59,014 nucleotides of DNA from Amoebophrya sp. A120 (Eukaryota; Protista; Dinoflagellata), in the NCBI GenBank assembly GCA_905178155.1, contig CAJINV010000004.1, positions 1,458,467 to 1,517,480 of the forward strand, given 5' to 3'. Under the pieces are notes generated by a model, which did not search any database, was not told the DNA's origin, and saw nothing but the letters and a program-made list of their open reading frames with translations. The position numbers and the translations under genes were made by a program. This document shows, in pieces, positions 24,101-32,800 of the stretch (its first letter is position 1; the number at the start of each line of letters is the position of its first letter).

Positions 24101-25730
24101 GTGGAGCCGGCGGGAAAAAGACCAGTAATGGAACATCAAGTTCGATGTTCATTCCCGCGGAGGACAAGGTGATTCTCTTCGTCCAGTGGGAGGACCTGAA
24201 GCGGAAAATTGCCAAGGCCTTCGACGAATTCGGAGTGCCGCACCTCACCCTGCAGGGCACAACGCACCAGAAGAGAATCATTTTCGATAAATTTGCGAAG
24301 GACGACAAGAAGTACCGGGTTTTGATCCTCTCGATGGAAGACGCGGCGAGCGGGGCTAACCTGACCCAAGCGAATCACGTTTTCTTGGTGCATCCGGTAT
24401 GTGGGGGAAAAAAGAATAGCATATTTCGATCTTCAGTCATCATCGTCGGGTCGTGCAGAAGGTCCTAAATCGATACCCAATTGGCTGAATATCATTGCCG
24501 ACTCAAAATCTTCAGACAGAGTCAGAAGCTAAACTATCTCTTTGCGCTGTCGCGCACTCACCTGCTCGGACAAACGTGCTTGGCAAGATAGAAAAGAAAA
24601 AGATTTCAGTCTTTGTTTGCGCATTAGAGGTGAACAATATGCTAGCTTTTTTTTCCACTTCATATCCGTTTTTCGACGCGGAATCCGAGGAAAAGTGTTT
24701 GAATTACGAGAAGCAGGCGGTCGGGCGAGTGTTGCGATACGGCCAGAAGAAGCCTGTGAATATGCCATGCTCAGCGGGAACAAAAATCTGACCTGGAACA
24801 GTGTAGCGCGGAAATTTGTCTTGCATAATGTGCCGAAGCGGAGGGTGCGCCTTTCTGCTTTGCATGACAGGTTGTGTATCATTTTGATTTTCACTGCGAG
24901 TGCGAACCCAGCGATTTGGGGTTTCATAGGTTTGCTACGCGAATCGCAAAGACGCTTTACCGAGATTATTCGCTCTCTTCATCACAAATTGATGTTCCTG
25001 TCAAGACTTTCGTTCTGTCTGAGCGCGTCATAGGGAAGATCTGGCGTTTCGTGGCGAAAAACACAATCGAGGAGGAAATCCTGGTATTAAAATGAAAAAT
25101 GCCCCCCACCCCACAAGTTGGCAGCATTTGTATTGCAAACCTTTCAAAAAGAAACATTCCCCGTCTTGCATATATCAGCATCACAAATTTTTCACGCTGA
25201 AGAGCTCAAATTTGTATTGCAAAGAGCCCAACACCAGCCGGATCTCTTATGCAAAAGATGCCTTGCGTGCCTAGATTCTGCATTAGAAAGACTCGCAGTC
25301 CTTCCATGCAAGACAAAAAGTTTTCATTTGGAAACTTTGCATCAGAAACTTTTGCACATTCTGGGGTGGGGGCATTTTTCATTGCAATACCTGGAAGACC
25401 GGCGGAAAGCGGCTTCGGCGTCGCAAGAAACGGTCCCCGATGATCTGGGTTATCAAATGTAAAAATGTCTGGGTCTGGAAGATTCTAAACTTGTGACGCT
25501 GTCTCTGGATTCTAAAAAAATTTGTATTGCATGACCAGCAAAAGGACTCCAGTTTGTGCTACGTGGAGAGGGCATGTCTCATGCGGTAGAGGCATCACAA
25601 AGGCCTCGAAAAATCTGTCATGCTAGAGCATGCATCACAGACATCACGAGTCTTCCAAAATATGCAACACAAACCTGGCAAGCTTCCAGACCCAGACATT
25701 TTTCCATTTGATATGGGTGCTGGTGAGTAG
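12178..25730 (+). CDS. SNF2-family helicase/ATPase with C3HC4 RING (RAD5/RAD16/SHPRH-like), about 27 introns (26 introners, 1 GT-AG at 22219-22432)
   Basis: Reconstructed motifs: GGILNDQLGYGKT (I), TLVVMPPHLLAQWFEEI (Ia), FRRVVADELHE (II), YRWALSGTLPLQN (III), RING CEAC...PCSHFLCYDC...CPKRC, GSKL, KVILFVQW (IV), ASGANLTQANHVFLVHP (V), EKQAVGRVLRYGQ (VI), IWRFVAKNTIEEEIL. Confidence 0.92.
12968..13235. mobile_element. Introner family A
   Basis: TSD CCTGC/CCTGC; close relative of 53953-54214. Confidence 0.92.
13420..13698. mobile_element. Introner family B
   Basis: TIRs, TSD GGACT/GGACT. Confidence 0.92.
13870..14128. mobile_element. Introner family A (stop-free in host frame)
   Basis: TSD TGGCA/TGGCA. 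Confidence 0.9.
15064..15326. mobile_element. Introner family A
   Basis: TSD GGTGA/GGTGA. Confidence 0.92.
15368..15692. mobile_element. Introner family D (TATTGTGAGGAAAAATCCCCCCTCCCC)
   Basis: C-rich/G-rich TIRs, TSD CATCT/CATCT. Confidence 0.9.
15729..15912. mobile_element. Introner family G
   Basis: TSD CCGTG/CCGTG. Confidence 0.85.
16714..16975. mobile_element. Introner family A
   Basis: TSD TGGAG/TGGAG. Confidence 0.92.
17021..17236. mobile_element. Introner family H (TATCAGAG..GTACA)
   Basis: TSD TCAGT/TCAGT; related to 37844-38075. Confidence 0.87.
17389..17596. mobile_element. Introner family I (TATGCAAGCAAAAAACTG)
   Basis: TSD TCGGC/TCGGC, right end GATG. Confidence 0.82.
17829..18133. 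mobile_element. Introner family E (TATTAAAATGAAAAATGCCCCCACCCC)
   Basis: TSD TGCAG/TGCAA; near-identical to 25085-25389. Confidence 0.92.
18355..18652. mobile_element. Introner family D, directly after Walker A
   Basis: TSD GTTTG/GTTTG; GKTCL|MIGL. Confidence 0.9.
19529..19791. mobile_element. Introner family A
   Basis: TSD CCGCA/CCGCA. Confidence 0.92.
19834..20091. mobile_element. Introner family C
   Basis: TSD CCAGT/CCAGT. Confidence 0.9.
20175..20344. mobile_element. Introner family F (TATCCCACAGAAAAAAG), 170 bp, largely foldback
   Basis: TSD CAGTC/CAGTC; sister copy at 45112-45281. Confidence 0.9.
20567..20757. mobile_element. Degenerate introner
   Basis: TAT...ATA, TSD ACTAC/ACGAC, restores the frame into motif III. 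Confidence 0.75.
20912..21150. mobile_element. Introner family A
   Basis: TSD GTGCA/GTGCA. Confidence 0.92.
21517..21778. mobile_element. Introner family A
   Basis: TSD ATCGG/ATCGG. Confidence 0.92.
21816..22080. mobile_element. Degenerate introner
   Basis: TATCACAGG...GGCTGGATA, TSD CGGAC/CAGAA, frame CRRT|LQDS. Confidence 0.7.
22676..22819. mobile_element. Degenerate introner (right end eroded)
   Basis: TSD TGCGT/TGCAT, frame AVR|SSDKMFF. Confidence 0.55.
22900..23136. mobile_element. Introner, family C-like, inside the RING finger
   Basis: TSD GCATG/GCATG; CEACM|DEDC. Confidence 0.88.
23206..23501. mobile_element. Degenerate family A introner inside the RING finger
   Basis: TSD CGCCG/CCTTG, frame restored. 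Confidence 0.72.
23647..23914. mobile_element. Introner family A
   Basis: TSD TAGAA/TGGAA. Confidence 0.9.
24398..24664. mobile_element. Introner (old)
   Basis: Imperfect TIRs, TSD TCCGG/TCCGT, between motifs V and VI. Confidence 0.8.
24761..25032. mobile_element. Introner (old)
   Basis: TATGCCATGCTCAG...CTGAGCGCGTCATA, TSD GTGAA/GGGAA; KPV|KIWRF. Confidence 0.8.
25085..25389. mobile_element. Introner family E
   Basis: TSD CCTGG/CCTGG. Confidence 0.92.
25451..25713. mobile_element. Introner family A, 4 codons before the stop
   Basis: TSD TGGGT/TGGGT. Confidence 0.92.
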
Positions 25731-26844
25731 AAACTCTCAACCACGAGCGTTGTGAGGGCGACTGCCGGGGAGGGGAGACGAAACCCGAGACGCGGCAGGA
25801 TGCTTCGACAGGCGTACAGTTTTACTTTTATCACAGAAGAAGTAGTAAGTACGATATTGACTTCTTCGACTGCCAGGGAGTCGTATCGACATGCAAGGAG
25901 CGAATTTCTGTTTTTGCAGCCATGTTGAAGTTGACACACTACATGATGGTGAAGCCAAGGACTTTGGTGGAAACACAACAAGGAGTGAACCTCTACAATC
26001 AGTCATGAATGATTCCGATTTCGAACTTTCATTTGTTTTTTTGCGCGAGCAAATTGATTGCCTGCTTCCCCCCGGAAGATCCTCGTCCAACCAAAAGTAG
26101 TGCAACCGTTTTTTAGCAACGAACTGTGCGTCGTCTCCAGCTGCTGAGCTTGTGGTGAGGTGTTGAAGCTGTGTTTACTCAAAACCAGCTACACCCACAA
26201 GAAGTGACGAGAAAATGATCTTCGAGGCAGCGACAAAAACTATTACTCAGTCATCGATCTCCTTCCTTGGCACGACTCATACATCACAACTACGTGAGCA
26301 TCAAAAATAAACTGTCGTGACAACTGGCTTTCTGCTCGTCCGTCGATGGCGTATTCGTGCAGAAATGATACTTGAACAGATTCCGTGTAGTGTGTACAAC
26401 ACCTCTGCTCGCTCCTCGTCGCACTTCGACGTTCACCAAAATCGTTTCGTAAACAACGGATTTAACAAAGTGATCGTACTGGAGCTGTCATTTCGTTCGG
26501 ACCCATCGTCGCACAACTCCGGGCAAGATTTTGACCACGTCGTTTCGATTCTAGAACCGAAGGTCATTGATGAAAGTGGTCGTCTCCGTATATGGATTGT
26601 CATACCTTACCGAAGCCAAATCATTTCATTTTTCATCCATTAATTCCATGTCAACGACAGGAATTTTCGTTTTTTTCCCCGGGGAAATAAACCAAACACC
26701 ACGTCGTCGACCTCTGTGCCTCGGTGTACAGTGTAGTTCGAAGAAAAAGCTCAAAACTAGAAACAACCTAATTAGACCAAGCAAGCCTTGTTCGCTGCTT
26801 TGTTGTACTCTGGAGGAATAAACGAGGACAAAAAACCCAAAATC

Positions 26845-29800
26845 ATGAAGAAGTTTGCGAAGATCGGAGCGGCCGGTTCTGGCCTGCTGCCGCTGGCGGG
26901 CGAGCAAATGTTTGCGGCGGCGGTCCAGAAAGCCGGGAAGGCGACCCACGAATGGGCTGGGAGCGAGTCCTCGGCCAAGGGGTTCATGGAAGTGGATCGC
27001 GTGCGCGTGGATTCGTCCAAGGGCAAGATATGGAGGTGGAATATCACTTTCACTTTCTGCGCCAAGAACATGAATCGTTGCATCGGAGAAGATGATATGT
27101 ACTGAAGCATATTAAGTTTAACTTTATTTCTGCAAGGAATGGTAGATGTTAATCACTTTCGAGAGTGCCACTGAGAGTGCGTACTGAGAGTGCGTACTGA
27201 GTACTGATAGTTGAGAGCGCTAGCCTCCAGGCGCCTTCCGTTGGAGTTAAGATGTTTCTCCTGATCGCAACTTTTTGATTGCGGCTTACCTACACCCTGC
27301 GACCTGACTGCGGCACTTCCGACGTTCCGGCTGCCTCGAGCGCTACGGCGCGTCGAGGATGGCCGTTGACAGCGACGTCACGATGCAGGAGAGCGCAATG
27401 GCAAATGCAACGGCGTCGTCCTCCACCACGTTCCCGGCGTTCGGTGGTGCGGACGAAAACAACAGCTACACCGGCAGGAAACAAGTCTACAGTGCTACGC
27501 TCGACAGCAGTGATGTGGAGCCTGCTGGTCTGAACTGCCTCCTCCCTGGCGGATATGTACTGGGGCAGATCTTGAATCTCGGGCGGGACCCCAAGACGAA
27601 AGCAGTGACCAACGGTTTTTTCTGGGTGCAGCCCCTCCGCGCGACGAGAATCGGGGAGTGGAGATCGGAGCGGACCGAACGGGGCTGGTTCAAGGGCATC
27701 TACTCGACAATCGGCAGCGTTAAGTACGGACAGCGACCGAGCGAACTGCAGCCGGGCGCCCATGTGAAGTTTGTTATCGACACGTACAAGCGGAGGAACC
27801 CGCTCACCGGGGAGCAGCACTGGTCCTGGATTGCGCGTGACGTCCAACTCGTAACGGAAACCGGTCAGCCGCTCACCTTTGCAGAACCGACGCCCGCGCC
27901 GTGGCGTAACGCCCAGGCTTTGCAGGAGGGCGGTACGTTTCCTGCTTTAGGCGCCAACCCCGGCCGCGACAACATGCTTACGCGGGACGAGGTCCGGGTG
28001 CTCATCGACGAAGCATTGGCGGCCCGCGACGAGGAATTCGAACAGATGAAGGCCAAGGTCGAGGACCAGGGGGCGAAGATCGACGCGGCGACCTCCGGCA
28101 TCGAAGCGGCGCGGGACCACTTCTCGACCTTACAGGGACAATGTGATACGGAGTTTGCCACGCTGCGCGAGGACATGCTCACCACGCGCGAGGAATTGCA
28201 GAGGAGGGTCGGGGCTTGTGAGAACCACATCGAGGGGTTCAAGGTCGAAGTTAACGCCCAGCTCCAGGCCATGATGCAGTCGATACAGACAGGGATGAGT
28301 CAGGTAATAAATGTTTGTAACGCACTCCGCAATCCATCGCTCGAGCCGGCGAGGCCTCCGCCTACGAATGTGGAGGTGGTCACCGAGCAGAAGAGCCAGA
28401 ATAACGAGGTGGCCAATCACGACATCGTGCTCGATCCATCTCTAGTTCGAGTTGCGGGTCGCAAAGCCTACAAGACCTCACTCTCCTCGACCGGAAGCAC
28501 GTACGCAGCAAATATGACGAACACCTATGGCAATGGCGCTAAGTACTTCCCTATCCATGCGCATCACGATCTTCATGACTCCTCTAAAATCACAGATATC
28601 GCTGTTCGGGAAGAAAGGCGCTACGCTGGGCATGAAGGGAGCGGTGGGCGGACCGGTGGGAGCCCAGGCCTCGGCAGCGACGGCAGCCCCGCCACAACTC
28701 GTAGTACCGCCGCAGGAACCGAGGCCGGGAAGCGAGCAAGCAGCGGATCTGGACACCGGTCCCCCCGCTTCAAAGCGGCAGCGGGACGACGGTGTGGACA
28801 AGAACACGGAGGATTCGCGCGCGAAGCGGACGGTGCCGGTGCTGGGATCGGGAGCGGCGGCTGCCGCAGCATCGATGGCTGCTGGCGCTACGGCGACGGC
28901 GTCCCGCTAGGCGGAGTTGTGGTCGACTTTCTCATTGTTCTCTTCTGCCTCATTACTTGGAGCTGGGTCACCACCTTTCACCTTCTCGCGCCCTTGATCC
29001 AGCTGCTCACCCTGCCCTCCGTTTATGATTTCGCTCGACATCTTTTTTATCACCGGAAATTGCTCTACAACGTTCTCAGCGACATCTACAGTTTTGGAAC
29101 CGAAGCAGTCAAAATTTGTGCAAGATCTTCTACATGCACATCTCCAGTAGTTTTCTCACGAGCAGTATTTTTTCAACCCGGCATTACCGACCCAGATCGG
29201 AGATCTCGCAACTGCATCCCGAAGGGAGTTGTATTTTTTCAGCACGGCGCGGAGACAAAGGGCTCCAGCACCTGCGCAGACGGATTTGCGGGCTTTCTCT
29301 TACGCACCGGGGCCGCTTGCTGCATTGTGGCGGCGCTTGAATTGAAGATAAAGATGAGCTACTTTGTTGGAATCGCGAACACATCACTGAAGCACTGTGG
29401 CCGTTTTTTGACGAATGTTTGGAAGAAATGCAGCACTCTGTTTCGCTCGTCTCTCGGAAAAGCAAAGAAGAAGTGCCTACGGAAGAATAAGTTGTTTGAA
29501 ATTCGCCGCGCAAATAGAAGTTCCTGTGTTCGACATGCTGTGAAGGTCGTCGTCGGTCTTGCGAGTGAGGGGATAGCAATGCAGCCGTCCAGCAGTGGCG
29601 GTGGCTTTCGGGTCTCGAAGTACAGCTTGCGGCTTACGAGTGGGCGCGCTTCCCGTCCAGCCGACTACGCAGCGGAGATACGGCCCTCCTACGCGGAAAC
29701 TGTTCTTGCTAGCCGCCAAGCACGACAAGCAAGGAAAGCCGCAGCAGGCTCGGCAGCAGATGCGGACGCGGGGACTGAGGCGAGGGCGGGCCCTACCCCG

Positions 29801-32800
29801 CAGGACAACAAGAAGAAGGTGAACAGCGGGAAGACCTGTGACTACTCCCGTTTTGCGCACAAGCCTTGTGCCGACTACAACGTATTCAATGTGGGGCAGG
29901 CGGGCGACTGCGACAGCATAGAAATCACGACGCAAAATGTGCGGGAGGCGGTGATAGGGGTCGACGCTCGTGACCGCATTCTGCAAAACGCCCCGGAGCG
30001 GTTCGGGGTCATCGCCCTCTCGGAGACACGGTGGGGCAAGTCGGGGTGCGGGCTTGTCGGTGTCAAGCGCCTAAACGGGGAGATCATGCGGGAAGTCGGA
30101 GCAGCAAATGATGGCGCAGATTCCTGCCCCGACCACCCCCCGCCCTGTTTCGCTGCGACGAAGGACTACGTGACGCGGGGGCGGGGATACATTGCCTGCC
30201 TTGGACCGGGCGCAGGCATTGCAGTCCGCGGTGGGCCGGTGCTCGATGAGCTCACCAGGTTGACCGACGAAGACCTCGCAGAAAAATTCGAAGTACGGGA
30301 GCGAACTTGCACGGGGTTTTTCCGCAACTTCACGCTGTTCAGCGCCTACGCACCCGCTAATGCTGACCCCGCTGACGTTTCAGCCTACCTGCGGGACCTT
30401 GGCAGGTACGTACGCCGTACGCTGCGGCGGAAGGGCCGCCGCGACCTTCCGTTCTTCATCGCGGGGGACCTGAACTGCCATGTTGGGGCCGAGGTTTCCG
30501 GGTTTGCGGTCGGGGAGCACGCATGTACGACGAAGGCCACAAGCCCCAAGGGGCACGCGCTGCTGCGGTTCTTGTCCAAGAACAACCTCCGCCTCGTTGA
30601 TTCGTTCTTCGAGATTGGCGACAACGGCGACGACCGCTTTACCTTTTTTCGGGGGGAGCAGCGATCCGAGGTTGACGGCTTCATCACGGCTGGCCGCTTC
30701 TTGGGGCGGGTCCAGAAGATTGAGCGGTGCGAAGTTCTACGCGACGAGACTACGCTACGGGAAGATGGCACAACAGCGCTGGACCACTACGGGAAGACCA
30801 TCACGCTCGCGGTTCCCCGGGTTGACGTAGAGCACGGGGCGACGGGGCAAACACGGAAAGGGCAGAAATGGGTCGGGGTTGTCCCGATCACGCCGGAGAT
30901 ACGGACCTTCTTCTCCGACCAGGTGCTGTCCACCCTGCGTTCCCAGACCGCTGCCAGCCAGTCCCCCGCCGACGGTAGTGAGGAAGCACCCACTGATCCT
31001 GACGGCGATGCGCCTTCGGGCCTGCAAAAGTTTCTGGAGGCGATGTCGGAGTCAGAGGCAGTTTTGATGGAAACTGGGCAGGAGCGGGCTCTCCGCATTC
31101 GGGCCGACAAGAAAGAGCAGAAGCGCATCCGCGAAGAATGCGCCCCTGCTGCTGCAGCTGCTCCAGCGGGCTGCCCATCGAAGCTCCGGGCGCTTTGGGC
31201 GCACATCGGAGGGTGCAAGAAGCAGCGGGGTCCGTCGACTGCGCCGGGCGGCTGGGCGGATTTCTACCTCACGCAGGTCGTCGCGAAGGCACATCCGCAC
31301 TGCAGTTTCGACGCCACAGAGTATGTTGACCCGCTTCCGCCGAGCTGTGTGCAAGACCTTGATCGGCCAATCGACCTCGCCGAGTGGCGGAAGGCGCTGA
31401 AGGAGGTGCGGCCGGGGAACGACTCCCAATCCTGGTCGAAGCAGGTCTTCGACGCGCTGGACGACACTTGCACGCAGATCTTTTTAGACGAACTGAACTG
31501 CGAGCTTGCGGCCGGGTGGGGCCTCCAACGCGTCGATCGCAAGTACCGGCGGGCCAGGATCACGCTACAACACAAATCGGGAGACAGGACTAAACTCACG
31601 AATTATCGTGGGATATCGGCGGTTCCGACGGTGACAAAAGTGCTCGCGCACTGCCTCACGAAGCGGCTTCAGGCCGTCATCGTCAAGCACGGCCTGATAG
31701 ATCCCGAAAATTTCGGGTTTGTTCCCGGGAGAAACGCAAGCGACGCCCTGGTGCTCTTCCGGCGCATGCTTGAGGATGCTCGCGACTTCCAGAGTCATGA
31801 ACAGTATGCGGTCCCCTGGGGGCTGTTTCTTGATTTAAGGAAGGCATTCCCATCATTGAGCTGGGAATGTGTCACGTCGGTCAGCGATCGGCTCGGGATT
31901 TCGCAAACACGCACCTGGGCAGGGTTGTCGGCCTGCCACCGCGACGTATGGTGCCAGGAAGCGCGCGAGCAGGAAGATTTTATTCTTCCGATTGGACTCC
32001 AAGAGGGTTGTCCGTCAAGTCCTTGCATGTTTACACTCACGTATGCAGTGGTATCCGAATCGATGCGGCGCGCGCGGGCAGTAATTCCACCGGAGCAGAA
32101 GAACCTCGACAATGCGGGCCTTTTGTTGCGCTACCCCACGGACAGTTCCTACGCGGCAACAGAAAAGGAGAAGCTGGAGAATTTGCTGAGGGCGTCGCAG
32201 GCGAGCAAGCGGGGCGAGAGACGGGTCGGCAGCGGGAAGTTCGCCGACGACACCAACCTGGTTGGCGAATCGTTAGGAGGGCAGCCCAATGCGGACGTGA
32301 TCCAGGCCACACTGGATGTTTTGGCATCTGCGCAGATGGAGGAGAACCTCTCGAAACGTGAGATGGGGCCGCTGGCGGAGCAGATCTGCAAGTTTCTCGG
32401 AGTGTACTTGTGCGACTCCCGTGACATGCAGCAACGGATCAACAGGGGGTGGCGGGCGTACTACGGCGCGCAGCGCTTACTGGTCGGGTTCGGCAGGTTG
32501 TCCGCGAAGCAGCGCCGCGCGATTCTCGTATCGCTCGTTCGGGGGACAATGTTGTACGGCGCAAACGGCAGGAACTTTTCTTCGAGTGAGCTCGCAACGC
32601 TGCAAAAAGAGGAGAGTGCGATACTGCGCCGCGTCTTCAACACGTGCCGGCCGCAGATGGAGGCCGAAAATTTGTCCCACCACACGCTCCGCCGCCACTT
32701 GGAGCTTGCGCCGATCTCTGCCGAGATTGCGTTTGCACGTCTTGCACACGGTGGCCACCTGCTACGGCGGGACCCCTCGTTTTTACCCCGACAGGCCTTC

